The translations under genes were made by a program, and so were the position numbers. A stretch of DNA of 64,000 nucleotides, taken from positions 2,528,001-2,592,000 of the forward strand of contig OY970218.1 of assembly GCA_963713975.1 (NCBI GenBank). The letters are read 5' to 3'. Position 1 is the first letter of the stretch. Every line of letters begins with the position of its first letter. The notes beneath the pieces are model-generated. The model saw only the letters and a program-made list of their open reading frames with translations. It made no database searches and had not been told where the DNA came from. This stretch comes from an uncultured Chloroflexia bacterium. GTDB lineage: Bacteria > Chloroflexota > Limnocylindria > Limnocylindrales > CSP1-4. Shown piece after piece: positions 1 through 13,241 of this stretch.

Positions 1-404
1 CAGCCCAACGCCGCGGGCTACCCCGACACCTACTACGGGGGCACCGACCTCGGAAGCGCCACCGCCATCCCGGTCAGCGGCGACACCGTCCTCGACATCG
101 CGCTCGCCGGACCGCCCGCGGTCTACACCCTGGGTGGCCTCGTGACCGGCAGCGGGGGCACCCCGCTCACCGGTGCCGTCGTCCACGTCATCCTCGATGA
201 CGGCACCTACCTCGGCAACGATCCGGTCGACGGCACCGGGGCCTACGAGCTCACCCTCGCCTCGGGCAGCTACAAGCTCTGGATCCAGCCCAACGCCGCG
301 GGCTACCCCGACACCTACTACGGGGGCACCGACCTCGGAAGCGCCACCGCCATCCCGGTCAGCGGCGACACCGTCCTCGACATCGCGCTCGCCGGACCGC
401 CCGC
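1..404 (+). repeat. Identical intragenic direct repeat, 1-119 = 286-404 (period 285 bp)
   Basis: The sequence cagcccaacgccgcgggctac...ggaccgcccgc occurs twice without mismatch. Confidence 0.9.
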
Positions 405-1794
405 CGACACCACGCCACCGGACGTGACGACGCCTGTCCTCGCACCCGATCCTGCCACTGTCGGTGATCCGGTCACGGTCACCGCGACCGCGACCGACCC
501 CAGCGGTGTCGCCTCGGGCGAGGTGAGCATCGACAACGGTCCCTGGACCCCCATGAGCGCCACCGACGGCACCTTCGGCGGCACGAGCGAGGGGCTGACC
601 GGGGCGGTCAACACCGATCACGCCGTGATCGCGATCGCTACCGGCAACGCCCATACCTGCGCCCTAACCACCGCCGGCGGAGTGGAGTGCTGGGGCAACA
701 ACTTCGCCGGCCAACTTGGGGACGGCACGACCACGAACAGCTTGACCCCGGTCGACGTGATCGGCCTAGGAAGCGGAGTGGCAGCCATCGCTGCGGATAG
801 CTGGGACCATACCTGTGCCCTTACTACTGGTGGCGGGGTCAAGTGCTGGGGGGACAACGAGTATGGCCAGCTCGGTGACGGAACGACGACGGACAGCCAT
901 ATCCCGGTCGACGTCGTCGGGCTGGGCAGTGGGGTGACCGCCATCACGATCGGCGCTCTGCACACTTGCGCCATCACCAATGGTGGCGGGGTCAAGTGCT
1001 GGGGCTCTAACGGCGCAGGTCAGCTGGGCAACGGCATCGGCTACAACGACAACTACGCCAGCACCCCCGTCGATGTCGTCGGGCTGGGCAGTGGGGTGAC
1101 CGCCATCGCCGCCGGATCCGATACTGGCTGCGCCATCACCACCGGGGGTGGGGTCAAGTGCTGGGGGAACGGCCCTCTCGGAACCGTCGACGGAGCCAGC
1201 TACGATGTCCCGGTCGATGTCTACGGACTGAGCAGCGGGGTGACCACCATCGCCGCCGGATTGAGCCAGCACATCTGCGCCGTCACCACCGGTGGAGGGG
1301 TCAAGTGCTGGGGGCTCAACGAGTCGGGCCAGCTCGGGGGCGGCACCACCGACGACAGCAACACCCCGGTCGATGTCTCGGGCCTGAGCAGCGGAGTGAC
1401 CGGGATCGCCATCGGCGGCGGCTACACCTGCGCGCTCATTGGGGGCGCGGTCAAGTGCTGGGGGGGCAACTCGGAGGGCCAGCTCGGCGACGGCAGCTAC
1501 ACGAGCAGCTTGACAATGGTCGATGTCTCGGGCCTGAGCAGCGGAGTGACCGCCGTGGCCGCCGGTGCCGTAAACACCTGCGCTCTCCTCGCGAGCGGGA
1601 CCGTGCAGTGCTGGGGCTCGAACGAGTATGGCCAGCTCGGCAACGGCACGACGACCAACAGCCCGACGCCGGTCGCGGTCGGTCTCACCTCACTTGCACC
1701 CGGCAGCCACGAGGTGTGTGTCCGGGCCACCGACACGGTCCCCAACACGAGCGACGGCACCGCCTGTGCGATGCTCACCGTGAACGCGCCGTAA
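1..1794 (+). CDS. Secreted/surface RCC1 (BLIP-II-like) repeat protein with carboxypeptidase-regulatory-like and Ig-like domains; 5' truncated by the window
   Basis: Seven repeats of the type HTCA-x-TxGGVKCWG-N-xGQLG. The frame is open from base 1. A duplicated 95-aa N-terminal module is present. Confidence 0.85.
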   Translation, partial: QPNAAGYPDTYYGGTDLGSATAIPVSGDTVLDIALAGPPAVYTLGGLVTGSGGTPLTGAVVHVILDDGTYLGNDPVDGTGAYELTLASGSYKLWIQPNAAGYPDTYYGGTDLGSATAIPVSGDTVLDIALAGPPADTTPPDVTTPVLAPDPATVGDPVTVTATATDPSGVASGEVSIDNGPWTPMSATDGTFGGTSEGLTGAVNTDHAVIAIATGNAHTCALTTAGGVECWGNNFAGQLGDGTTTNSLTPVDVIGLGSGVAAIAADSWDHTCALTTGGGVKCWGDNEYGQLGDGTTTDSHIPVDVVGLGSGVTAITIGALHTCAITNGGGVKCWGSNGAGQLGNGIGYNDNYASTPVDVVGLGSGVTAIAAGSDTGCAITTGGGVKCWGNGPLGTVDGASYDVPVDVYGLSSGVTTIAAGLSQHICAVTTGGGVKCWGLNESGQLGGGTTDDSNTPVDVSGLSSGVTGIAIGGGYTCALIGGAVKCWGGNSEGQLGDGSYTSSLTMVDVSGLSSGVTAVAAGAVNTCALLASGTVQCWGSNEYGQLGNGTTTNSPTPVAVGLTSLAPGSHEVCVRATDTVPNTSDGTACAMLTVNAP

Positions 1795-1892
1795 CCCCGC
1801 AGGGACGCATCGCACGGCTGCACGCCCGGTCTCCCAGCGGGGCCCGGGCGTGTCGCCGGGTTGGTGTGCGCCCCATCAACCAAGGAGTCCTG

Positions 1893-2546
1893 ATGCAACG
1901 CACGGCCGTGACGTCGAGCCCGCCCGGCAAGGTCCGGCTGGCCGCGGTGATCCTGGGCCTCGCGCTCCTGGGGTCGGCCGGGCTGGCCGCGTGCGGCAAC
2001 ACGCCGGATGAGGCCTCTCCCAGCAGCCGGCCGGCGTCGGTCGCCCCCTCGACAGCCGGTCCGTCGCCGGCCGCGAGCCCAACGGCCATGGCACCGGCCA
2101 CGCAAGGGCCCACGGCATCGCCCGAGCCCTCGGCCGCCACCGCGGAGCTCGACGTGTGTGGCCTCATCCCTCAGACGCTGCTGGCCTCCGTCCTCGGTGG
2201 CGAGGCGGCATTCCCCAAGGCCATCCCCGCTGCCGGCTGGAGCGCGGGACAGTGCGCCTGGAGCGGCCCTGCCGCGAGCTTCATCGTCCGCGTCGGCACG
2301 GCGCCCACGATCGCGGCCTTCGGTGACCCTGCGGCACCCGACGCCGAGGCGATGCTCGCCGCGTTCGCGGCCGCGGCCGACGCGGCGGGCACGGCGAAGA
2401 AGGTCCAGGGCATCGGCGATGGGGCCGTACTGGGTCCGGCGGGGATCGCCGCCTATCGTGATGACACGTACCTCGAGGTCACGAGGCTCAACCTCACCGA
2501 CCGGCAGCTGACCGACGTCATGAAGCTGGCCATCGGGAACCTCTAG
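1893..2546 (+). CDS. Hypothetical lipoprotein
   Basis: AAGGAG RBS before ATG 1893, hydrophobic stretch ending in LAAC lipobox, Pro/Ser/Ala linker, and DVCGLI...CAW motif. Confidence 0.7.
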   Translation: MQRTAVTSSPPGKVRLAAVILGLALLGSAGLAACGNTPDEASPSSRPASVAPSTAGPSPAASPTAMAPATQGPTASPEPSAATAELDVCGLIPQTLLASVLGGEAAFPKAIPAAGWSAGQCAWSGPAASFIVRVGTAPTIAAFGDPAAPDAEAMLAAFAAAADAAGTAKKVQGIGDGAVLGPAGIAAYRDDTYLEVTRLNLTDRQLTDVMKLAIGNL

Positions 2547-2595
2547 GCAGACCCGCGGGCCTATAGGCAGACGCGGAGACGGCTACCCTGCCACC

Positions 2596-3543
2596 ATGGG
2601 CCGACGAACTGCCTCGACGCGCGGCGGGTTGCCGACGACGGCAAAGGTGCGTGACTGGGTCGGGCTTGCGCGTATGTACGCCCGGGCCCGTCGGCGGCCA
2701 GCCAGTACGTCGGGCATCGAACGTGAGGCAGCCTATCTGGCCGCCGCTCTTGAGCGCCACGGCCACAGGGGGTTGCGTGGCTCGCGCGTTCTGGAGATTG
2801 GGTATGGAGCCAGGCCGTGGCTGCTCACCTGGCTGATCGGGAATGGGATCGATGCATTCGGCGTTGACCTCGACCGGCCGCTGCTGCGCCTCTCACCTCG
2901 AGCCGTTGCCCGTGTCGCGCGGACGAATGGTGGTGAACGAGCTGCGAAGAGCGTGGGCCGCCTGCTAATCGAAGGCGGCCGTGAACGGACGGCGCTCGAA
3001 CGGAGGCTGGTCGAGGTCACAGGTACCAGACTGCGGATTGGTGACGATCGGCTCCTCGTGGCGGACGCGACTAGCCCATCGTTCTGGGGCGGCATCGCCG
3101 TGGCTTCACTCGACGTGGTCTACTCGCTGGACGTACTTGAACACGTTCCAGAGACTGACCTGCCGGCCATGCTGCGGGGGATCGCCCGTGCCCTGAAGCC
3201 GGAGGGGCTCGCCGTGTTGCGGCCGAACGTCTTCACTGGCATCACTGGCGGTCACCTCCATGAGTGGTATCCGGACCAGGTGATGGCCAGCGCCCCGAAG
3301 TCCACCGAACCCTGGGAGCATCTCAGGTCAAGCCGAGTGGTCGCCAACACCTACCTCAACGGCCTGCCACGTCGTGCCTATCGGAGCCTGCTCGAGCAGC
3401 ACTTCGACGTGTTGGAGGACACCGCGGTCGATCCCGCGCTCGGCCGCGAACTGCTCGCCGGTCCGATCCAGGATGAACTGGCCCAGTGGGATGACTACGA
3501 GTTGTTCTCCAACCAGGTGACGTTCGTCCTCCGCCCGCGGTAG
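2596..3543 (+). CDS. Class I SAM-dependent methyltransferase
   Basis: VLEIGYG motif I, DVVYSLDVLEHV, and RALKPEG. Confidence 0.85.
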   Translation: MGRRTASTRGGLPTTAKVRDWVGLARMYARARRRPASTSGIEREAAYLAAALERHGHRGLRGSRVLEIGYGARPWLLTWLIGNGIDAFGVDLDRPLLRLSPRAVARVARTNGGERAAKSVGRLLIEGGRERTALERRLVEVTGTRLRIGDDRLLVADATSPSFWGGIAVASLDVVYSLDVLEHVPETDLPAMLRGIARALKPEGLAVLRPNVFTGITGGHLHEWYPDQVMASAPKSTEPWEHLRSSRVVANTYLNGLPRRAYRSLLEQHFDVLEDTAVDPALGRELLAGPIQDELAQWDDYELFSNQVTFVLRPR

Positions 3544-3573
3544 CGCCGACTCAGCGCCCGGCTTGTGGGCGGC

Positions 3574-4623
3574 TCAGTCCTGGATCGGCGGTCCACCCTG
3601 GTGGTCGATCTCATCGTGGATGCTGTTCGACAGATCGCCTACCAGGATCGGCATCTCATTCACGATCTCGTAACTCTCGCCACAATGGGTGCAGCGCCGC
3701 ATGGTGGTTGATGGGACGAGTTGATCGTGACAGGACGGGCACACACGCACGGGCTCAACGCGAGGCGTGACGCTGGCGGCGGCATTGACTCCAGGGCGTC
3801 GTCGTCGATCCAGCTCGAGGAGGCGCGCATCAATCATCGCCTCGTACGCCGCCAAGAGCTGGCAGTACACCAGTCCCTGTCGGCCGTCGAGGAAGCCTCG
3901 CTTGACCACGTACATCCACGCGAACCTCGCGGCTGGCCGGAAGGGCAGCCGATACCACACCTTGGTCTTCAGATACCGCCGCCGCTCGGGCCATGTGCCA
4001 AACAGCCGGCCTTGTCGCTGTCGACCTACCAGGCCACGTCGAGCCTTTGCGATCTCCGTGGCCTCAAGATCGGCATACCGTGCGTGCCGCGCGATGAACG
4101 CGTCCACGCCCTTCCGGTTCTCGTGCATCAACGGGCGACTCAGGAAGCTGACAGGACCGTCGACCAGCACATGCTCGTGGACGAGCCGCTCCTCGAAGCG
4201 CCCGACGGTTGGTCGAAACAGCCGCAGTTGATAGTCCGGGTACCACCCAGCGTGGCGCAGCACACGGCCCTCAAACACGTTCTGGCGTGGGACATGAAAG
4301 CCGGCAGACCGGGAATCGAGTTTGCCCTGGATCTCCCGGGCGAGGTCGCCGGTGATCCACTCGTCCGCGTCGAGGAAGAAGACCCACTCCGCTGAATCGG
4401 CGAGCCGCCCGATCGCCCAGTTCTTCTGAGCCGCGTAGCCGGCCCACGCGTGCTGGATGACTTTCGCCCCGAGACGCACCGCGATCTCCTGCGTGCGGTC
4501 GGTACTACCACTGTCAACGACGAGGACATCACCCAGGCGACGAGCGCTCCTTACGGACCGCTCGATGTGCACCTCTTCGTTGAGCGTGGGGATCACAACG
4601 ACAATCCGGGCGAATGGCCTCAT
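3574..4623 (-). CDS. GT2 glycosyltransferase with C-terminal Trm112-like zinc ribbon
   Basis: VVIPTLNEE, VDSGSTD, FLDADE and WYPDYQLRLF; C-terminal CPSC...CTHC...MPIL. Confidence 0.85.
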   Translation of the reverse strand: MRPFARIVVVIPTLNEEVHIERSVRSARRLGDVLVVDSGSTDRTQEIAVRLGAKVIQHAWAGYAAQKNWAIGRLADSAEWVFFLDADEWITGDLAREIQGKLDSRSAGFHVPRQNVFEGRVLRHAGWYPDYQLRLFRPTVGRFEERLVHEHVLVDGPVSFLSRPLMHENRKGVDAFIARHARYADLEATEIAKARRGLVGRQRQGRLFGTWPERRRYLKTKVWYRLPFRPAARFAWMYVVKRGFLDGRQGLVYCQLLAAYEAMIDARLLELDRRRRPGVNAAASVTPRVEPVRVCPSCHDQLVPSTTMRRCTHCGESYEIVNEMPILVGDLSNSIHDEIDHQGGPPIQD

Positions 4624-5786
4624 CGTGACTCCCCACACACCTGCGCGTACGCGGATGCGAGCTTGGCCCCATGAGCGGAGAAGGATGCGTGCGCCAGCGC
4701 CGAATCTCGTGCCTTGGCCGCCATCGAGGCCAGCACGCTCCGATCGTCCAACAATGCCTGGATCGCGGCGGCGAGCGACTCATGATCCGCCGGGACGACC
4801 CGGCCGCCACCATGCTCTCGAACGATGTCGGCGACCCCGACACGGTCGCTCACTATGACCGGCGTCCCGGCGGCCAGGGCCTCCACCGCCGCGACTCCGA
4901 AGCACTCGTACTCGGACGGCATAGCGAGAACGTCGATGTCGGAGAGGAACCGGGTCTTGTCATCGCCCGACACCCAGCCGATGAACTTCGCCCTGCCGGG
5001 CAGCAGCCGCTCCGCCTGCGCCGTGAGGGCCCGTTCGTAAGCCGCGTCGCCACGTCCCGCAATGACGAGGGAGACGTCGTCGTCGAGCCGGCTCCCGGCC
5101 TCGATGAGCGTGGAGACGTTCTTCTTAGGGTGGAGCCGGCCAAGGTACCCCACCTTCAAGTCACTCGAGCGGTTTGCGCGTCGCTGTCGTGGCGTTACCA
5201 GCAATCGATCGTCAACGACCGGATGGTAGATCCATGTGAGTTTGTTCGACGGCAGACGTGACAGTGAATCGCCCATCTCGAGGGGCGAGGAGCAGACGAT
5301 CAGGTCTGCAAGACATCCGTATGCGCGTACGCCAACTTGTTTGCCCGCCCGCGTCCCACTACGGCCATGTGACAGATCGAACGAGGTGAAGACTTCGTGC
5401 GGCGTGATCACGAGCGGCGTTCCGCCGATCCCAGCAATCGTGGACGCCAGGGCGCACGATCCCGTCCACGGAGAGTCGGCATGCACCACGTCATACCGTT
5501 TACGACGACGTCGGATCATCCACTGAACGAGCGCACGGCTCGGATCATAGTGGCGCGGCGAAAGACGGGGCGCGGATATGGGAAAGCCTGTCAGACCCAC
5601 CCCTTCGCTCTCGCAACGCTCCACCGTCGCGTGCCACCACGGTGTGTCCGTATCCCCCGGGCGCACGAGCACGGCGACGTCACAATGCATTCCGACTCGC
5701 GCGGCTGAGATCGCACCGTTGAGCGCGACCACGGCCGGACCGCCTACGAGCGGGTTGAGGCTATCGATGACGCGTAGCACTCTCAT
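4620..5786 (-). CDS. GT4 glycosyltransferase
   Basis: GYLGRLHPKKN and PSEYECFGVAAVEALAAG (EX7E). Confidence 0.9.
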   Translation of the reverse strand: MRVLRVIDSLNPLVGGPAVVALNGAISAARVGMHCDVAVLVRPGDTDTPWWHATVERCESEGVGLTGFPISAPRLSPRHYDPSRALVQWMIRRRRKRYDVVHADSPWTGSCALASTIAGIGGTPLVITPHEVFTSFDLSHGRSGTRAGKQVGVRAYGCLADLIVCSSPLEMGDSLSRLPSNKLTWIYHPVVDDRLLVTPRQRRANRSSDLKVGYLGRLHPKKNVSTLIEAGSRLDDDVSLVIAGRGDAAYERALTAQAERLLPGRAKFIGWVSGDDKTRFLSDIDVLAMPSEYECFGVAAVEALAAGTPVIVSDRVGVADIVREHGGGRVVPADHESLAAAIQALLDDRSVLASMAAKARDSALAHASFSAHGAKLASAYAQVCGESR

Positions 5787-6850
5787 TGAAGGGCAGGCCC
5801 CGCGAGTATTTCAGCCGATCGGCCGAGCACCGTGTCCGCCCACCGAGCCGGCGTATACGGACTCGCAAGCCCGCGGCTGATCTGACCCATGTCCACACGT
5901 TCGCGATCTGACAGACCGGCGACATACGTCATGCACGTGGTGACGGACGCGACATCGCCAGTGCGGGCAACCCGACCATTCGCGAAATCATGGACGAGGT
6001 GCGGGACCGCGCCGCAGGCTTCGGTCGCAATGATCGGGAGACCTGCCGTTGCTGCCTCCGACAGCACGACACCCCATGGCTCGAAGCGACTCGGGACGAC
6101 CAGGCACCCGATCACCCCGAACCATGCGGCAAGCCCCTGGGGTTGGACGAACCCACCGTGGCGGACAGTCGGATGCCCACGAACCTCGCCCTCGAGTGGG
6201 CCGGCACCGGCTACGACCAGGCCCCACGGACTTGGCACGGATTGGCGATAGACCTCGTAGGACTGCAGGAGATCGCCGATGCCCTTCTCCGTGGTCAGTC
6301 GCCCCAGGTAGCCGAAGTCGCGTGGCGGTGGTGCCCCCGGCGACGGAGGTGCCGCGAGGGCCTGATGATCAGGACAGAGCAGGCCCGTCCAGATCCGATC
6401 ATCCCGGAAGCCGAGACGTCGTGCGAAGCACGCTTGGCGTTCGCCGGGCAGGAAGACGGCGTCGTACAGGCGTCGGACGTACCACCGGGAACCCGCGACT
6501 CCCAGCCGCTGCTTCGCCGTACCGAGCCACTGGTTGTCCATGCAGAGGACACGCACAGGCACGGGACGAAGGCGGTCCAAGACGTATCGGAATTCGCCGA
6601 TGTGCCATGAGTTGACCAGCAGTACATCCGGTGCGAACCGCTGCAGTTCCGCCAGCAGCATCGTCCGGTCGGGTCGGCCGACGTACTGGACACGCAGCGG
6701 CATCCACGCGAACTGCGCCTCCTCAAAGGGAGCATCCTCCCCCGCTGCCTCGTGGACTAGGAGGAGCTCGACGCCCGGCCTCGAGGCGAGCTCCTTGAGG
6801 CAGGCGTTCAGGTAGCCGCTCATCCTGGACCAGAGGACGGCGATCCTCAT
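5783..6850 (-). CDS. GT4 glycosyltransferase
   Basis: MRIAVLW start overlaps the upstream stop; YLGRLTTEKG and EPWGVVLSEA. Confidence 0.9.
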   Translation of the reverse strand: MRIAVLWSRMSGYLNACLKELASRPGVELLLVHEAAGEDAPFEEAQFAWMPLRVQYVGRPDRTMLLAELQRFAPDVLLVNSWHIGEFRYVLDRLRPVPVRVLCMDNQWLGTAKQRLGVAGSRWYVRRLYDAVFLPGERQACFARRLGFRDDRIWTGLLCPDHQALAAPPSPGAPPPRDFGYLGRLTTEKGIGDLLQSYEVYRQSVPSPWGLVVAGAGPLEGEVRGHPTVRHGGFVQPQGLAAWFGVIGCLVVPSRFEPWGVVLSEAATAGLPIIATEACGAVPHLVHDFANGRVARTGDVASVTTCMTYVAGLSDRERVDMGQISRGLASPYTPARWADTVLGRSAEILAGPALQ

Positions 6851-7695
6851 TCCGCGGCCACACTCGAGCGGACGACATACCCACCTGGTCCACGCTCGAT
6901 CGTGCTCCCGCCCACGGACTGGGACCTCAACCGGCGACGAGCATAACCGGGGGATCGGACCAGCTTGGCACCCCGCGCCGAGAGCTCGAGAGCCTTGTCG
7001 AATTGATTCAGGTCGCGACCGATCGCGCGCGCCGTGAACCTCCGTCGGTCCTCGTGGTACTGGATCTCGAGGCGCCCCGACCCCGAGATGCCCGCTGCGT
7101 GGAGCCGGAAGGCCGCCCAGTCCGCGCGCACACGGCGGATCCGTGCGCCGGCCAGCGCCAGGTCGACCATCAGCTCGCCATCCCAGCAGGTCAGATTGAG
7201 CGGATTGAAGCCGCCCGTGCGGTCGAATGAGTCGCGCCGGAAGAATGTTGACTGCTGTAGGACGTTCACGCCCCCATAAAGATAGCGGCGCAACCCCCAC
7301 GGTGTGGACTCGAAGTGACGGATCACCCTGTCGTCCGCGTCGATGATCCACCCGTCTCCGTAAACAACATCGGTTGAGGGATTCTCGCGGAAGAAGCAAT
7401 CAACTGCCTGGAGCGCTCCCGCCAGGTGCAGGTCGTCGGCGTTCAGGTAGCCGACCACGGCTCCATTCGTCGATCTGACGCCCTTGTTCAACCCATCGGC
7501 GGGCCCCTGGTCGGGTTCGAGCACAAGTCTCACGCGAGGGTCCCGGAGCGTCGCGAGATACTCCCGGCTTCCATCGGTCGAGCCAGCGTCCACGATCAGG
7601 TACTCGAGGTCCACGTCGCGCTGCGAGAGAACTGATTCCACCGTCGCGGGCAGGTACCGGCCCTGGTTCATCGAGATCGTGACGATCGAGATCAC
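6847..7695 (-). CDS. GT2 glycosyltransferase
   Basis: ISIVTIS, VDAGSTDGS and GYLNADD. Confidence 0.9.
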   Translation of the reverse strand: MISIVTISMNQGRYLPATVESVLSQRDVDLEYLIVDAGSTDGSREYLATLRDPRVRLVLEPDQGPADGLNKGVRSTNGAVVGYLNADDLHLAGALQAVDCFFRENPSTDVVYGDGWIIDADDRVIRHFESTPWGLRRYLYGGVNVLQQSTFFRRDSFDRTGGFNPLNLTCWDGELMVDLALAGARIRRVRADWAAFRLHAAGISGSGRLEIQYHEDRRRFTARAIGRDLNQFDKALELSARGAKLVRSPGYARRRLRSQSVGGSTIERGPGGYVVRSSVAAE

Positions 7696-9009
7696 GATTG
7701 TCCCGTGTCGGGTGCGACTTGCCTATCGGACCCGTTGGCAATCAGTCGTAGGCCCAGCAGGCAGAGCGTGATTCCGTATGACGCCGCGATCCGTCCATTG
7801 AACCCGTATGGCGAGAACAGGATGTTCCACATGAGCAACATGGTGGAGAAGACGAGAAGCGGCGCCAAGTCGACACGGAAGGCATAGAGGTTCGCCATGA
7901 GCCAGACGGCCATCGCCAGGATCGCCAGCCAGAACAGCCCGCCCAGGATGCCGGCCCACACCCATGAACCCATCAGGTAGGAGTGAGCGGGGATCAGGCC
8001 AGCGTCGGAGAACTCGGCGCCGACCTCGTACCCGAGGGAGCTGAGGCGCTCGGCCAGCAGGTCCACGTAGGCGAAGTCCTTCGCCCAGGAGCCATGCCCC
8101 AGAATTGGCGAGTCGACGATCGCCTGGGTTGTGACGAGGATCTCGGATCGACCCCCCACGAGGACGCCGAGCTGGCCCGACTGCATCTCGTGTCTTGCTT
8201 CGGCGTCGGCGCCCAGCCAACCAGCAGAGGCTGCGCTGTCGTAGAGCTGGAGGGTGCCAACGACCGCGACCACGAGAAGGGCGAGCCCCATGCCCGCACG
8301 CGTCAGTGAGCGTTTCGAGGAGGCCGGGCGCTCGCCCAGCAGGGCGCTGAATGCGAGGTAGCCGGCTGTCAGGAGGCTCACGCCGCCCAGGCTCCGATAC
8401 CCGAGGAAGAGGTTGAGGATTCCGAAGGCGGCAAACGCTGCCACCGTAGGCCACCGAAGTCGGCCACCAACCGAACCCGAGAATGCGGCCGCCATCCCGA
8501 GCCCGACCGGCAGTGCGAAGGCCCACTTCCACGGATCTGTAGCGGCATACGCATTCGGAACGACTAGGTACCCAAGGGCACCGCCAGTCGCTAGACCCAG
8601 AGCGAACAGGCGCGCCCGCCGCGGTGTCGACGCGAGAACCAGAAATCGCCGCGAAGTCGACAAGCGTGAAGACGATGGCCGCCCATCCCCGAGCAAGGTC
8701 CTCGAACGCGTTCCCGAGGACGAGATCGGTGACGATCTGCCCGAGCAACCAGCCCGCCCAGAGCACGACGAACCATCGTGGCATCGCGAGGCGATCGCGG
8801 GCGCTCCACAGCCACGGCAGCATCGCCAGCAGGAGAAGCTCGCTAAGGATCAGCCGCCCCACGACGGTGAACTCGACGAACGAGACTGCCGGCAGGAGAA
8901 ATGCCCAGGCGTCCAGGGCGACGAGGTGGGGGTGCACGGCACGCTCGGCGACGCTTTGAACTGGCAGCCGGCTCGGGTTCGAGGCCTGCGTGGTGGCAGG
9001 GTTCGTCAC
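7692..9009 (-). pseudogene. Wzy/O-antigen-ligase-like polymerase, split by one frameshift near 8644 (possibly a sequencing error)
   Basis: The multi-TM N-half (ORF 9009 start) and C-half (SPILGHG, AHSYL) join if one T of ATTT is removed. Confidence 0.7.
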
Positions 9010-10469
9010 AGGTCAGCCCGGATTGCCGGTGGCCCAAGGTCCGAGTCGACGCTCTCGGCGGACGAGGCGTCCGCGTGCTCGAGTCGACGGACCAGACGCG
9101 GCACATACACGAGCGCCGGGACAAGCAGCGCGACAATGATCGCGATCGTCGATCCGATTGCGACACCCGCCACGCCTACCCGCGAGGTCAGGTAGATGCT
9201 CAACGCGAGGTTCAGGAGGGCCATCAGACTCCAGGTCGAAATGAGGAACCGCATCACCTGTGCCCCGTTGAGGAACACCAAGAACGCATTGACGATGGCC
9301 AGGGTGATGGTGAATGCCCCCAATCCAAGGTACAGGCCAGGAGCAGGGGCAACGCCCTGATCGGTCCATGCTTCCACGATCGCCGGCCCCCACATTGCCA
9401 AGGCAACGGTCACTGGGACGATGACCACGATCGTCACGCTCATGGACCGCCTGAGAGTGTGGCGAACCCAGGCGATGTCGTGTCGCGAGATCGCCTCGCG
9501 GTATGCGGGCCAGAGGGGAACCAGGGCGATCACGGCGAGGCCAGCGGGGATCGAGAACAGGCGGTAGACGATCGAGTAGTCGGCGACTGCCGCGGGACCC
9601 ACCACGTGTGCGATCACGAGGCGATCGGTCGAGAACCCAACCACATAGGCGATCTGGAGGGCCATGAAGGCAAGGCCAACTCCTATCACGGATCGCATCG
9701 CGCCGGTCGTCACATCCACGCGTCGGGGCGCCAGCCAAGGACGCTGATGGCGCACCAGAACAACGAGGTTCACCAAGCCCGCCATCAGTGGCCCACTCGC
9801 CATCGCAAGGACGAGAGCAGGGAGGCTCGCGCCTGCCGCGACCGCCGCGAGCAGGAGGATGACCGTCAGGAGGTTCCCGAACCCCGCGAAGGCGCTCTGC
9901 ACGAAGCCCTCCTGGAACGCAGCGCGGGCCTGGCCGGCGAGGCTCAGTGGCAGCCCAATGAGGAACGTTGCTACAAGAGCGGCCGTGGCGGGACCTGCCT
10001 CGGATGCAGCCAGCGGGTCAGCCGCAACGTTGTAGATTGCCGCCCACGGCACGATTGGATAGACGATCACGAACGCGAAGCCCAGGGCCAGCGCGACTGC
10101 GGTTAGCGTTGCCAACCCGGAGGTGAGGTATTGGCGCGCCGCCTGCCTGTCGCCATCTCCGTATGCCCGGGAGATGCTGTTGAGCACGCCGTTGCCGATC
10201 CCAAGGTCGGTCGCCCCGAGGAGGGCAACGACCGATGCGATCGTCATCCACATCCCAAAGCGGACGGGACCGAGCAGACCAAGGGTCAGCGGCACGCTGA
10301 CGAGCACGACGACGAAGGCCGACCCCCGCAGCGCGAGGCCCGCGATGGAACTCGCCACGGCACGACGGTTGCGCTCCGCAGATCGCTGGCTCTCGGTGCT
10401 GCCCGAGATACTGCTGGAGGAAAGCCAGGAGCCTAGCTTCCGTCGTCCGGAAGGCAGCATATTGGCCAT
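9006..10469 (-). CDS. Wzx/MATE-like oligosaccharide flippase
   Basis: About 12-14 TM segments, LGPVRFGMW, DLGIGN and DRLVIAH. Confidence 0.85.
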   Translation of the reverse strand: MANMLPSGRRKLGSWLSSSSISGSTESQRSAERNRRAVASSIAGLALRGSAFVVVLVSVPLTLGLLGPVRFGMWMTIASVVALLGATDLGIGNGVLNSISRAYGDGDRQAARQYLTSGLATLTAVALALGFAFVIVYPIVPWAAIYNVAADPLAASEAGPATAALVATFLIGLPLSLAGQARAAFQEGFVQSAFAGFGNLLTVILLLAAVAAGASLPALVLAMASGPLMAGLVNLVVLVRHQRPWLAPRRVDVTTGAMRSVIGVGLAFMALQIAYVVGFSTDRLVIAHVVGPAAVADYSIVYRLFSIPAGLAVIALVPLWPAYREAISRHDIAWVRHTLRRSMSVTIVVIVPVTVALAMWGPAIVEAWTDQGVAPAPGLYLGLGAFTITLAIVNAFLVFLNGAQVMRFLISTWSLMALLNLALSIYLTSRVGVAGVAIGSTIAIIVALLVPALVYVPRLVRRLEHADASSAESVDSDLGPPAIRADL

Positions 10470-10491
10470 GACCCGAGTTCCTCGCCCGTGC

Positions 10492-13237
<2,746 letters not shown>

Positions 13238-13241
<4 letters not shown>

